A DNA stretch of 49,171 nt, taken from positions 1-49,171 of the forward strand of contig JBHLPH010000015.1 in assembly GCA_048939625.1 (NCBI GenBank), read 5' to 3'. Shown piece by piece: positions 1 to 10,130 of this stretch; position 1 is the first letter of the stretch, and each line of letters starts with the position of its first letter. This DNA comes from Promethearchaeota archaeon (lineage in GTDB: Archaea; Asgardarchaeota; Hermodarchaeia; Hermodarchaeales; Hermodarchaeaceae). The notes below the pieces were generated by a model. It saw nothing but the letters and a program-made list of their open reading frames with translations. It did not search any database and was not told the DNA's origin. The position numbers and the translations under genes were made by a program.

Positions 1-3000
1 GGCAACGTCACAGTCAACATTGTATCAAATTTTGCTAACACTTCCAAGCTTAAAATCAGGGTTTGGTTTTCATAGAGCGGTCGTTGCGCATAGATTGTCA
101 AGGAATAGGTTGCCGGAGTTACTTGGGTTAAATTCAAACTAAGCCGGTATACTCCGCTACCAATGGAGACCATGCTATAGGGATTGCTCTGAAAGATTGC
201 CCAAACCGTCGCACCATTGATAGCTAGGTTATTACTCGTGTCCCAAAACAGCACATCAAGGACCAATGTTTCGTTTTCAAATTCGCTGGGAGAATAATCT
301 CCATTTTGGGGGGTTAGCGATGTTGCCCATACCAGGTCAAAGCTTTCACTGAAGTATTCAATCTCATAGTTGAGGGCACTAATATTGAAGCTAATGGTCC
401 ATGAACCTGCAATGGCACCTGTTGTAATACAGTTGACCGTATAGGTCCCATCCAGGTTATCAACAAAGTTAATTGTTGACCAGTTTCCTTGGATGATCGC
501 TCCAATTATGCCCTGTGCGGTCATGTCTTGGTAGGTGACACGAATCTGAAACAGTGAATCATACACAATGGGAGAAGCTGAGAGGACTTGGACAGATAGA
601 TTGGTTGGACGAATTAGCACATCAATGAGGGTATCATAAACGGCGTTATTGTATCCACTCAGAGCTGCTGTTAGTGTAATATTAACGGTCGCTGGGCTCC
701 CACTCACATTTAGAATAAATCCGACGTGGTACGTGCCGTTTAGCAAGTCATATACAGTAAATCCAGCGAATGGTGAATCATCAAGTAAACAAGTTATGTT
801 GGCTCCTAAAATCCCTGTTCCGTCTGATTGCTTCCGATAGGTGATAGAGACGTTAAACGGTTCACCACCATCGATACTCAGCGGGGCACTGCCTGTTATG
901 TTTGTGGGCTCACCTTCAACAGTTAGGGTAATTAAAAGAGAATTTTCTTGAATAAACATACCAGGTTTCGAAGCGTTAATCACAAGATTATGAGTACCCA
1001 CACCAAGTTCAGGGCCATCGACGACAATGGAATAGTTACCACCCACCTCTTCGGAGAGCCAATAGAAATACCCTGGACCCGAAATGTTTACCAAGGCTCC
1101 AGTGATCCCCCCCTCACCGAGTGGTGTAAAAATCGAGTAATTAACCTCAATTGCCACACTTTCAGTGTAATTGATTGTAAGGGTCGTCCAATTCGCAACC
1201 AGCTGGGTCTTCGACCACAAAGTAAGAGTTACCGGAATCGTGGAAGGCGAATATCCTGGTCTATCCGCCATTGCTAGACCGACATGAATACCCCGACTTA
1301 ATCCCATTGTTCCAGTATCGATGGTGCTTTCATAATATCCTCCTCCAACATCCCCGAGTAAATATGTCGACCCGCTGAAGGTCACATTCACCATAGCATT
1401 TGGAATGCCCACAGAGTTTTCGGTGTCATAATAATAAACGCTGATATTGACGTTATCCTCGATAAGGCTAAAGTAGGAATCGGGATTACCAGTTAATGTC
1501 GTGGGATACACGAGGTCAACGGTGCTTACTCTAACACCCGCATGAAGACTATTATTCCAAACCACTTCACATCGCATTGTGACATTTGTTATGGCATAAG
1601 AGGTTGGTGTGAAAGCTGGGAAGGCTAGCAATCCACCCCCATCAGGAGCCAGAAGCCATTGATTCAGGGATACTCCCAACTCGTCATAGGGGTTTAATCG
1701 CCCAATTCCATTAGCAAAGGTTGACAGCTGAGCTGAAACTGTGAGGGAGTCATTGATGTTTACTTCTTGCCCGGTCACATCGAGCCCACCCCGACGGATG
1801 AACGGTGTTTGAACATAATTTGTATCAAAGGATATAACGCGCCACGTGGTTCCATTTCCGGCTCCACTGGGTTCGTCAAGGAAGAGCCAACCAGGCTGAC
1901 CAGGGCTAGTACTGTTATCTTCGAATCGCGAGAATGGAACCGGAAGTGACCCGTTTAAGAGGGTTTGTATCTCCCAGTAACTGGGTATCGAAAAGTTTAG
2001 TGTGCGGCTATTTGCATCTGCATTAATACTAGGAAATGAAAGGGATGTAGTGATATTCCAGTTTGTTGTATCAAACTGCGAAGAGGCAAGGAACTCAGTT
2101 GTTCCGCTAAAGGTCCTTGAAAACCTACTTATGTACGTGTAACTTAGGCTAACAGGCCAAGTAGTGCTGATATCAAATAGCATCGATTTGGTGCTTGGAG
2201 TTAAACTCCGTTCCCACCAACCATCGTTTGCCACTCCATCTTGAACACTGGTCGCGTTGACTTGCATGTTAATTTGAGAAGGAGCAGGAGTGAATGTCAT
2301 AGGAACAACGGATACATTAAGGAAGTAATCTATTCCCATGTGTTCAGCCCAAGGAGCACTTCGCCAGGCATATCCGTTATCACCTGTTTCTGAATCAAGA
2401 CGCCATTTCCATTCCGGAAATGCCCCTGACCACGGTGTGGCAACGGCAAAGAAGTAGTTATTATACGTCTCAGACGTATTTAGAAAAACGCCTCCACCCC
2501 AAGACACGTTTTGCCAACCGTCAAAAGAAGAATCAGCATCACCTAAATCAAGAAAAACCACAGAAGAAATCCCAACAGCTTCAGGTTTCGGTCGACCTGC
2601 GTCATTGGAAGCGTTGTAAATTTCAATCCACAGATCAAAACCATCTCTCAGATTTCCCATACTCGCATAGAGCTTAACCATGATACTATACAAGTAGCAG
2701 GAATTTGTGACCCGGAAACTCATAGCACAGGGTAAGTCATCCCGGGATTCGCTGGCACTCTCATTTGTCTCGATATCCAAGAGAAGGGGGCTCGCTATGA
2801 TATTAGTGAAATTAACAATAATATACGAACTCCAGTCAACTGCCATGTCTACTGTAAGGTCGTTCGTATCATTTGTGAGAGTACTCACTGAGAGTGTTTT
2901 GTTGTAATTGGCAACAATATTAGTTGAACTCCCTGTTCCTCCATAGGTTCCTACAGAATAAACACCATAAGGTGGAGGAGGTGAAGCCTCTGGAGATTCA

Positions 3001-3104
3001 ATCTTGTCTGCTGCTAACGGAATTTGGTGAGATGGAAGACCTACTAGAATAGGTAGGATGAGGACGACGATGAGGGTGACTATTGTCCATGTACGTCGTG
3101 CCAC
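1..3104 (-). CDS. Large secreted/cell-surface glycoprotein with tandem Ig-like repeats (3' end runs off window; >1030 aa)
   Basis: Not in ORF track. Manual translation from GTG at 3104 (GGTGA SD upstream): MARRTWTIVTLIVVLILPILVGLP (signal peptide/anchor), open to position 1. T/S/N-rich with many N-x-S/T sequons and a recurring G-I-x-(G/N)-A-x-(V/I)...G-x-Y unit. Confidence 0.85.
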   Translation of the reverse strand, partial: MARRTWTIVTLIVVLILPILVGLPSHQIPLAADKIESPEASPPPPYGVYSVGTYGGTGSSTNIVANYNKTLSVSTLTNDTNDLTVDMAVDWSSYIIVNFTNIIASPLLLDIETNESASESRDDLPCAMSFRVTNSCYLYSIMVKLYASMGNLRDGFDLWIEIYNASNDAGRPKPEAVGISSVVFLDLGDADSSFDGWQNVSWGGGVFLNTSETYNNYFFAVATPWSGAFPEWKWRLDSETGDNGYAWRSAPWAEHMGIDYFLNVSVVPMTFTPAPSQINMQVNATSVQDGVANDGWWERSLTPSTKSMLFDISTTWPVSLSYTYISRFSRTFSGTTEFLASSQFDTTNWNITTSLSFPSINADANSRTLNFSIPSYWEIQTLLNGSLPVPFSRFEDNSTSPGQPGWLFLDEPSGAGNGTTWRVISFDTNYVQTPFIRRGGLDVTGQEVNINDSLTVSAQLSTFANGIGRLNPYDELGVSLNQWLLAPDGGGLLAFPAFTPTSYAITNVTMRCEVVWNNSLHAGVRVSTVDLVYPTTLTGNPDSYFSLIEDNVNISVYYYDTENSVGIPNAMVNVTFSGSTYLLGDVGGGYYESTIDTGTMGLSRGIHVGLAMADRPGYSPSTIPVTLTLWSKTQLVANWTTLTINYTESVAIEVNYSIFTPLGEGGITGALVNISGPGYFYWLSEEVGGNYSIVVDGPELGVGTHNLVINASKPGMFIQENSLLITLTVEGEPTNITGSAPLSIDGGEPFNVSITYRKQSDGTGILGANITCLLDDSPFAGFTVYDLLNGTYHVGFILNVSGSPATVNITLTAALSGYNNAVYDTLIDVLIRPTNLSVQVLSASPIVYDSLFQIRVTYQDMTAQGIIGAIIQGNWSTINFVDNLDGTYTVNCITTGAIAGSWTISFNISALNYEIEYFSESFDLVWATSLTPQNGDYSPSEFENETLVLDVLFWDTSNNLAINGATVWAIFQSNPYSMVSIGSGVYRLSLNLTQVTPATYSLTIYAQRPLYENQTLILSLEVLAKFDTMLTVTL

Positions 3105-3315
3105 CGTAATTTCACCAAATAGCGTCTTTTCTCAACTTGCTGCTTCAATTACGACCGTTGTCAGCGAACTTTTAGTTCTTTCTTTAGAAACCCGCTTTGC
3201 CAAAAGCCTCTGCGGTTTTCTCATAGCAAATAACGGGAGTTTTGTCGGTGTTATTCGAGAGTCACAGCTAAATAGTATTTGTAGGGTACAAACTCGCAGT
3301 TAGAAGGGATGCTTT

Positions 3316-3657
3316 GTGATCACATTTGAGGATTTTAAGAAACTCGACTTTCGTGTCGCGACCGTAACCAAATCTGAAAAAGTTCCTGGCACCAAGAATT
3401 TGCTTAAACTTCAAATCGACTTGGGTGAGCTGGGAACACGTCAAATCGTGACAGGATTAGCTCAATATTATTCCGCAGAATCTCTGGTCAACCGACAGCT
3501 CATTGTCTTAGTGAATCTCAAGTCAGCGGTTTTCCGTGGTGAGAAATCTGAGGGGATGCTTTTAGCTGCTGAAGTCGGGAAACAAGGGGATCCCGAATAC
3601 CAGGTTATACTGGTGATACCCGAGAAGGAATTACCGCCAGGAACACCTGTTCACTAA
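3316..3657 (+). CDS. Stand-alone tRNA-binding OB-fold protein (Trbp111/CsaA/MetRS C-terminal-like)
   Basis: ITFEDFKKLDFRVA, RQIVTGL, NLK..FRGEKSEGMLLAA, PPGTPV motifs. Confidence 0.9.
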   Translation: MITFEDFKKLDFRVATVTKSEKVPGTKNLLKLQIDLGELGTRQIVTGLAQYYSAESLVNRQLIVLVNLKSAVFRGEKSEGMLLAAEVGKQGDPEYQVILVIPEKELPPGTPVH

Positions 3658-3671
3658 CGCTTAGCTGGAGT

Positions 3672-4430
3672 TTAAACGAACATTCCGCCAGCGCCGCGAT
3701 CATTTTCACGTTCTTGCTGCCGTTCAATGAGTTGTTTGATTTCTTTCTCAATGGCTTCAGCATCAGCCATGAGTTCTTCGGTGTCAATATCCATCTCGTA
3801 GAGCTGATTAAATACATTAATGGCAACACTTGCAGCTCGTGGATCTGGACGTCCACGCTCAGCGTATGGTAGAATTGCTACGGCTGGAAAGTCGCGAATC
3901 TGGAAATTCGCTAGCATCAGGGCTAGCGGTCCATAAATTCCACGACCTTCTTCTAAGACAGGTAATTCATGCTTTTTCGCGGTGCTGTGATACGTAGAAG
4001 TATAAGCACTCCGATACTGCTCTTCGCCTTCCGCGAATTGCAAATCCAATCCCCCAAGTAGGATCGCTTCTTTGAGCTCATTCTCCACACACCAATTAGC
4101 CACGGCCTCGGTGAAAGGTGACCATTCGGCGCGATGGGGTTGAAGACGAGTGAAGAGAAGAATGAACTTGTCAGCATACTCGTATAATTCGATGGGCATC
4201 AAAAGGCGGGTACCGCCAATGAAGACGTGAGGCGGAACCAATGGGCTCATAATTGATCCAATTGGACGAGCATTCTTCTGGCCTGCTAAGTGGCGAAGTA
4301 CAATATATCCAGTTTCTCCCAAGGCACTGTGAAATCCGGAAACTAAGATTTTGCCCTTTAATTTCACATCGGGGTCATGTAAGATAATTTGAATTTCTTC
4401 AGAATATTCCATCCTCAGCACCATATTCAC
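3672..4430 (-). CDS. PAC2-family proteasome assembly chaperone
   Basis: SGFHSALGETGYI, ILLGGLD, IYGPLALML, PDPRAA, IDTEELMADAEAIE. Start may be ATG 4424 or 4412. Confidence 0.88.
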   Translation of the reverse strand: MNMVLRMEYSEEIQIILHDPDVKLKGKILVSGFHSALGETGYIVLRHLAGQKNARPIGSIMSPLVPPHVFIGGTRLLMPIELYEYADKFILLFTRLQPHRAEWSPFTEAVANWCVENELKEAILLGGLDLQFAEGEEQYRSAYTSTYHSTAKKHELPVLEEGRGIYGPLALMLANFQIRDFPAVAILPYAERGRPDPRAASVAINVFNQLYEMDIDTEELMADAEAIEKEIKQLIERQQERENDRGAGGMFV

Positions 4431-4506
4431 TTAATGGCTGTAGCAGCAAGATTTCAGGTTTTAAATTTTCTTCCCTGATTAGAACCGCTATTTAAACTCG
4501 AAGTCT

Positions 4507-5871
4507 TTGGTTCGAAATACATTTATGTTCATGGTCAAATGGCGTGAATATAACTCCCGCCAAGAAACCCACGTCTCGGCGCAGGGGCTTCGTAACAGTT
4601 TGACCGAACTCCATTTTCTGGGTGGCTGTAAAACCATAGGTAGTTCCGCATACTTGGTAAAGGAGGATGACACATCAGTTCTCTGTGACTTCGGGGCTTC
4701 CTTTAATGGTAATCCCTCCTTTCCTCAGCTCAGTCGTCCTAAGAACTTGTTTGTCGCCCTTAGCCATGCTCACTTGGATCACAGTGGTGGTCTTCCCCTG
4801 CTTTTTGCCAGCGGGTCCGCACCTGTGTACATGACAGCCATAACTCGTGATTTAATCCGAATTCTGCTCAAGGACATGATCCGGCTTAGCAACTATTTCC
4901 TGCCCTTCGAAAAAGAAGAACTGGATCGGTTACTCCGACGAATTCGGCTTATCAAGTATAGAGAACCAATCGAACTCAAAGATAATATCACCATCACCTT
5001 TCATGATGCGGGGCACATCCCTGGTAGCGCCGCAATCCAAGTTGAAACACCCTCTCATGATATCCTCTATACAGGTGACATTAACACCATTGACACGCAG
5101 CTACTCAAGGGAGCACGGATTCCCAAAAAGACAGCTGACACGCTCATTATGGAGAGTACCTACGCCCTGACGGCACATGAAGACCGACAAAAAATCGAAG
5201 AGAACTTCATTAGTGCCGCGGAAGAGACGATTGAAAGTGGCGGGACTGTACTCGTTCCTGCCTTTGCTGTTGCCCGAGCACAAGAAATTTTGTGCATCCT
5301 TACCAAACATCGTGTGGACTTTCCCGTCTACATGGATGGAATGGCACGAGATGCTTCTCGGATATTCCTCCGGCATCCCCACTTCTTCAAGAACTATTCA
5401 CTCCTGAAACGGGCCCTTGGAAACACTCAATGGATTCGCAGTCGTCGACAACGTGAAGGTCTTACGAGGAATCCAGGGTTGATTGTAGCCCCTGCTGGAA
5501 TGCTTCGTGGAGGGACAGCTGCCATGTATTTGGGAGAAATTATGAATAATCCGAAAAACGCGGTTCTTCTCGTAGGATACCAGATTCCAGGAACTCCTGG
5601 TCGTGAATTGCTTGACAATGGGCACTATGATAATGGAGCTGGAGTCAAGCGGGTCAAAGCGAAATACCAGCTTTTTGACTTTTCGTCTCATGCAGGTCAA
5701 GACCAGTTACTCGAATTGGGCCGCTCTTTTCCAAATCTCGAAGAACTGTACACTGTTCATGGCGAAGCTGAAGCCTGTGAATATCTAGCAAAGACTTTGC
5801 ACAAAACAAATGGCATAAATGCTCATGTTGCCGAGACAGGGCAGCAAATTAAACTTCCCCAAACAAGGTGA
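4507..5871 (+). CDS. Beta-CASP metallo-beta-lactamase ribonuclease (aCPSF-like, no KH domains)
   Basis: SHAHLDH, AGHIPG, YTGD, MESTY, PAFAVARAQE, FSSHA, VHGE. True start is probably downstream (4525, 4531 or TTG 4600). Confidence 0.9.
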   Translation: MVRNTFMFMVKWREYNSRQETHVSAQGLRNSLTELHFLGGCKTIGSSAYLVKEDDTSVLCDFGASFNGNPSFPQLSRPKNLFVALSHAHLDHSGGLPLLFASGSAPVYMTAITRDLIRILLKDMIRLSNYFLPFEKEELDRLLRRIRLIKYREPIELKDNITITFHDAGHIPGSAAIQVETPSHDILYTGDINTIDTQLLKGARIPKKTADTLIMESTYALTAHEDRQKIEENFISAAEETIESGGTVLVPAFAVARAQEILCILTKHRVDFPVYMDGMARDASRIFLRHPHFFKNYSLLKRALGNTQWIRSRRQREGLTRNPGLIVAPAGMLRGGTAAMYLGEIMNNPKNAVLLVGYQIPGTPGRELLDNGHYDNGAGVKRVKAKYQLFDFSSHAGQDQLLELGRSFPNLEELYTVHGEAEACEYLAKTLHKTNGINAHVAETGQQIKLPQTR

Positions 5872-5877
5872 ACTCTC

Positions 5878-6753
5878 ATGGCTGATGAAATGCCTGTAAT
5901 CTCTGGAGATCGCGGTACCATTCTTGGAAACCTCCTCACTTCAATAATAACTGCTGCATTGCTTGGAATCATTGTTTTCTTGTCTGGGTTTCGCTTATAC
6001 GCTGAACCCATTCCGGAATCTGAATTTGGTATTTTAGCTGCTGTCGGTAACGCCATACTCTTTGTTGTATTAGCCACGGTTGGCGCTACCTTGGTTGTGT
6101 TACTTCTCAAATACGGGCGCGAAAGATTTCTGCGCTACCTTCTGATAGGGGCCTTTGTTTTCATCGGTATCATCGTCGCATTATATTTTGGCTATATGTA
6201 TGTGATTGTCTTCCAACTCGTTGACCCAATTCTAGCCTCTCTAATTCTATTAGCGCTAGTTTTGACCGTTTTTATAGCGTTCATTACCGTGGATGAGGAC
6301 AATCGGATGAAGAATGGGGGGCTCCTTATTTTTGGTGCCGCAATTGGGGCGTTTCTAGGCGTTGTACTTCCCGTGTGGACCAGTGTTCTACTACTAATTG
6401 GGTTAGCTATCTACGATTATATCTCAGTGAAAAAAGGACCAATTCGGCAAATCGTTGAACTCACCGAAGATGATCCCGACAAGTTGGGGGCATTAGCCGT
6501 ATCAACTGCTGAATGGGATATTGGACTGGGAGATGTCGCATTTTATGGAATGATGACTGTTCTCGCGTTAGTAAACTTTGGTTTCCTTCCGGCAATCCTT
6601 GCCGTAATTGGAATTATCATCGGGTTTCTTACTACTCTTAAACTCCTAGAAAAACGGGGAATCATGGCAGGGCTCCCTATTCCGGTGGCTTTGGGTCTTC
6701 TTGGAATAACAATTGGGTTTCTAATTCGGTGGGTGCTACCTGTAATTCCCTAA
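5878..6753 (+). CDS. Presenilin/signal peptide peptidase family GxGD intramembrane aspartyl protease
   Basis: About 9 TM segments; catalytic YD (AIYDYISV), GLGD, and PAL-like AGLP motif. Confidence 0.88.
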   Translation: MADEMPVISGDRGTILGNLLTSIITAALLGIIVFLSGFRLYAEPIPESEFGILAAVGNAILFVVLATVGATLVVLLLKYGRERFLRYLLIGAFVFIGIIVALYFGYMYVIVFQLVDPILASLILLALVLTVFIAFITVDEDNRMKNGGLLIFGAAIGAFLGVVLPVWTSVLLLIGLAIYDYISVKKGPIRQIVELTEDDPDKLGALAVSTAEWDIGLGDVAFYGMMTVLALVNFGFLPAILAVIGIIIGFLTTLKLLEKRGIMAGLPIPVALGLLGITIGFLIRWVLPVIP

Positions 6754-6771
6754 CGAAGGGTTTTAGAAAAA

Positions 6772-6966
6772 TTAAACATCCACGACAGGAAGTTTCAAGC
6801 CAGCAAGTAACCTTTCTGCTGTCCCCGGATCACAAACGTAGGTATAGAGATAACTCGGGGTTCGAAGCTTCAGCTTAACTGCATCTCGAAGCCGTTTCAC
6901 TCGCACCTCACTAGCGCGCTCAACGATTTCGAGGAATTCTTCTTCAGTCTGAATTTCACGGGGCAT
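6772..6966 (-). CDS. rpl38e: 50S ribosomal protein eL38
   Basis: MPREI..EEFL, VKLKLRTPSYLYT signature. Confidence 0.92.
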   Translation of the reverse strand: MPREIQTEEEFLEIVERASEVRVKRLRDAVKLKLRTPSYLYTYVCDPGTAERLLAGLKLPVVDV

Positions 6967-7066
6967 CTCAGTTCACCATGAGGATTGGCTACGAGGCAGA
7001 ATCACAACTTAAAAGCATTGTGATGCTCCCGACCGCCTAGAGGCTTATCCAGTTCAATAAGAGGAT

Positions 7067-7174
7067 TGGTGGGCCGGGCGTGAATTGAACACGCGACCTC
7101 CGCCGTTTCCTCGCATCCAGCCTGTTTGGGCTAAATCCTGTGAGAGCGGCGTCATACCACTAGACTACCGGCCC
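7067..7174 (-). tRNA. tRNA-Val(CAC) with one 33-nt intron, CCA encoded
   Basis: Reverse complement folds: acceptor GGGCCGG/CCGGCCC, A73, CCA; anticodon stem CCGCT/GGCGG with loop CT-CAC-AC after intron removal; T arm GCGTG-TTCAATT-CACGC. Mature length 75 nt. Intron is 7107-7139 (36/37) or 7106-7138 (37/38). Confidence 0.92.
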
Positions 7175-7188
7175 TACGAGGTGTACGA

Positions 7189-7350
7189 CTACCTGACGAG
7201 TTCACGTCGTTTAGGTCGTAGATTCTTACGGCGGCACCGACGACACTTAGTGGCCTTGAAAGGATTCTTGGCTCCACAATCACGACAAATGGTAACATAA
7301 AGTAGATGTCGAAGCGCAATGCGGCGTTTTTCTGGATCAGCGACTGGCAT
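7189..7350 (-). CDS. rpl40e: 50S ribosomal protein eL40 (not ubiquitin-fused)
   Basis: Manual translation MPVADPEKRRIALRHLLYVTICRDCGAKNPFKATKCRRCRRKNLRPKRRELVR; GGTGA SD; below ORF-track cutoff. Confidence 0.93.
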   Translation of the reverse strand: MPVADPEKRRIALRHLLYVTICRDCGAKNPFKATKCRRCRRKNLRPKRRELVR

Positions 7351-7410
7351 CGTATTCACCTATAATGGGGGTGCGGATTCCTTTGGTTCCTTAAAAGGAT
7401 ATCGAGCCCC

Positions 7411-8280
7411 TTAGAGGATTTTCTGAAGCGTCTCATCCACATCAATGGGACGGTCAATGACTGTTACTCCCGCTTTTCTCAGGGCTTTAATCTTACCAAC
7501 TGCGGTTCCCGTCTTCCCACTCACAATGGCACCCGCGTGTCCCATACGTTTACCCTTCGGGGCGGTACGTCCTGCGATGTAGGCAATAACCGGCTTTGTT
7601 ACATGCTCTTTGATATAGATCGCCGCCTCTTCTTCTGCGCTTCCCCCGATTTCACCAATAAGTACAGTTGCTTTAGTTTCTTTGTCCTTTTCGAACAGTT
7701 CAAGGGCATCGACAAAGGACATGCCTACAATAGGATCTCCACCAAGTCCAATCGCTGTAGATTGCCCAAATCCAGCATCCGTTAGACTGGCCGCGACTTC
7801 ATAGGTGAGCGTACCGCTGCGGGAGATGAGTCCAATGTTACCTGGCTTAAAGACGTGAGCTGGCATAATCCCGAGTTTACATTCACCAGGTGAGATAATG
7901 CCTGGCGTATTAGGGCCGATGACATAACTGCCCTGGCGTCGCGCAAGCTCGATGAAGCGCATCTCATCATGAACTGGGATATGTTCGGTTATAACAGTGA
8001 TCACCGAAATTCCTGCATCTAGCGCCTCGGATGCAGCGTCTGCAGCAAACCGGGCGGGTACAAAAATAATTGAGGCATTCAGCTCTGGGAACTGCTGTTT
8101 GGCTTCAATAACACTATCGAAGACAGGAAGTCCCTCAATCTCCTGCCCGCCCTTTCCAGGGGTGGTCCCAGCAAGGACGGATGAGCCATACTCAAGCATC
8201 GACTGGGTGTGAAAATGTCCTTCACGACCGGTAATTCCTTGGACCAGAATTTTTGTTGATTTATCGATTAGAATGGTCAT
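7411..8280 (-). CDS. sucD: Succinyl-CoA synthetase alpha subunit
   Basis: [33 protein letters not shown] phospho-His motif. Confidence 0.96.
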   Translation of the reverse strand: MTILIDKSTKILVQGITGREGHFHTQSMLEYGSSVLAGTTPGKGGQEIEGLPVFDSVIEAKQQFPELNASIIFVPARFAADAASEALDAGISVITVITEHIPVHDEMRFIELARRQGSYVIGPNTPGIISPGECKLGIMPAHVFKPGNIGLISRSGTLTYEVAASLTDAGFGQSTAIGLGGDPIVGMSFVDALELFEKDKETKATVLIGEIGGSAEEEAAIYIKEHVTKPVIAYIAGRTAPKGKRMGHAGAIVSGKTGTAVGKIKALRKAGVTVIDRPIDVDETLQKIL

Positions 8281-8282
8281 GG

Positions 8283-9428
8283 TTACTCCTCCGTGGGTGC
8301 CAGTTTCACGACTTGTTTTGCCGCTGTATCCATAGAGTTCAAGAACGGAATCTTCGCAGCTTCTAAAATCTTGGCTCCTTCTTTTTCTCGCGTCCCAATC
8401 ATTCGAATTACTATTGGAACCTGCCTGGGCAATTTCCCTTGTGATTCCACAATACCTCGGGCGATTTCATCACAACGGGTTATCCCCCCAAGGATATTGA
8501 TGAAAACAGCTTTCACATCAGGATGCGCTAAAACGATATCTAACGCCTGACTCATGCGTTCCGCGGTTGCGCCACCACCAACATCGAGGAAATTCGCAGG
8601 GGCTCCTCCATAATATTTGACAGCATCCATTGTCGCCATAACTAATCCGGCACCGTTACCGATGATACCAATATTTCCTTCCAGTTCCACGTAGGTCATT
8701 CCCTGTTTCTGAGCCCGTTGCTCAAGATCCGTTTGCTCCGAAATCCCGGAACTCACTCTCTCAGCTAATGATTTGTGACGGAATATGGAATTATCATCAA
8801 CATTGAGTCGGGCATCAGCTGCAATATACTCACCTTCTTTTGTGACAATAAGGGGATTGATTTCTGTAAGCTCAGCATCGTTAATGATGAACACTTGCCA
8901 CAGCTTAAGCAAAAGGCTAGCAACTTTGACCATTGCTTTTCCCTCAAAGCCTGCGTTCTTGGCGAGATTCCGTGCTTCAAAATCCCTAAGTCCTAAGATG
9001 GGGTCAATCCAATATCGCGTGATTTTTTCTGGGTGCTCTTCCGCTACCTGTTCAATATCCACACCGCCCATGGAACTACAAATTATCACAGGTTGACGTC
9101 GGAGGCGGTCAATCGTGATACCCAGATAGATTTCTTGTTCAATGTTAAGGCGCTGTTCCACAAGAACGCGATGTACGGGATAATCGTGAATAGTCATCTG
9201 CAACAGTTCTGCCGCAACAATCTTCGCTTCTTCGGGGGTTTCTGCAAATTTTATTCCCCCTGCTTTTCCACGTCCTCCTGCAAGCACTTGGACTTTAATG
9301 ACGACTGGCTGTCCTAGGGTCTTGGTGATTTTAGCTGCTTCCTCGGCTGAGGCTGCGAGCCCCGAGGATGGAAGTGGTAAGCCTGCTTGGCGAAAAGCCT
9401 CCTTTGCTTCATATTCAAACAGTCGCAA
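8283..9428 (-). CDS. sucC: Succinyl-CoA synthetase beta subunit
   Basis: [45 protein letters not shown]. Start set at TTG 9428 after GAGGTG SD; the ORF track's longer start overlaps the upstream gene. Confidence 0.95.
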   Translation of the reverse strand: MRLFEYEAKEAFRQAGLPLPSSGLAASAEEAAKITKTLGQPVVIKVQVLAGGRGKAGGIKFAETPEEAKIVAAELLQMTIHDYPVHRVLVEQRLNIEQEIYLGITIDRLRRQPVIICSSMGGVDIEQVAEEHPEKITRYWIDPILGLRDFEARNLAKNAGFEGKAMVKVASLLLKLWQVFIINDAELTEINPLIVTKEGEYIAADARLNVDDNSIFRHKSLAERVSSGISEQTDLEQRAQKQGMTYVELEGNIGIIGNGAGLVMATMDAVKYYGGAPANFLDVGGGATAERMSQALDIVLAHPDVKAVFINILGGITRCDEIARGIVESQGKLPRQVPIVIRMIGTREKEGAKILEAAKIPFLNSMDTAAKQVVKLAPTEE

Positions 9429-9438
9429 AATAACACCT

Positions 9439-9927
9439 CTATATTGCTTCGGGAGTCCATGTCGTAAGAACAGTATGAGTGGAGGTTTCAACCACGCCAT
9501 CAATATCGGCAGCTTTAGAAAGAAACTCTGCTAGCTCAGCACCACTCACCGAAACCACGATATCTACTGATCCGGTTACACGATGAAGGCGAATCGGGTT
9601 CAACTGTTTTATCTTCTCATAAACCTCGAAGCGAGATTTGGGCTCAACTCGTAAGAAGACAAAAGCTTGGTCTGTGGATTTCCCTAAAAGGCGTAAGGAA
9701 TCGGGTGACAAATCAATGAATCCGCGTCCCGTTCGAATTAGTTTCAAGCCCCGAAGCTTGCGTAAATGATTGCTGAGGGCTTGACGAGTTATTTTGAGCT
9801 CTTTGGCCAGCTCTGACTGCGTTCGTGTTACTGTTTGTACCGACATCGGAATGCTAGCTTGATACAGTTTGCGCAGAATCTCAAGCTGCCTTTCTGTTAA
9901 TCGGACAACTCGGTCAACAAGTTCCAA
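9439..9927 (-). CDS. Lrp/AsnC-family transcriptional regulator (HTH + RAM-like domain)
   Basis: QSELAKELKITRQALSNHLRKL HTH; RVTGSVDIVV and GVVETSTH in C-terminal domain. Directly upstream of sucCD. Confidence 0.82.
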   Translation of the reverse strand: MELVDRVVRLTERQLEILRKLYQASIPMSVQTVTRTQSELAKELKITRQALSNHLRKLRGLKLIRTGRGFIDLSPDSLRLLGKSTDQAFVFLRVEPKSRFEVYEKIKQLNPIRLHRVTGSVDIVVSVSGAELAEFLSKAADIDGVVETSTHTVLTTWTPEAI

Positions 9928-10130
9928 TTTTGTCTACACCTGCTGAAATAATGTACTGGACGAGTAGGAACATTGCTTTTTGAGCGTTGTTCTTGTGTAA
10001 AGTAAATCGTACCAATATGACAAGGGATGGTTTCGCCTGACGGATGGGAACGTTTTTTAACTTTCCAGCGGTAGCCGTTCTAACAATTCGATCCTATATG
10101 TTACAAAGATTTGAAGTAGAAGGCTTAACT

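Noticed and set aside
314-3303. Short ORFs listed in the first 3.3 kb
   Set aside because: Shadows of the long minus-strand surface-protein gene.
7085-7300. 71-aa plus-strand ORF
   Set aside because: Antisense to tRNA-Val and rpl40e.
9429-9503. N-terminal extensions given by the ORF track (sucC; likewise dys, aIF2a, korC, hdrB, rpoL, pth2)
   Set aside because: They overlap neighbouring genes or lack family similarity; downstream starts match family N-termini, often with SD motifs.
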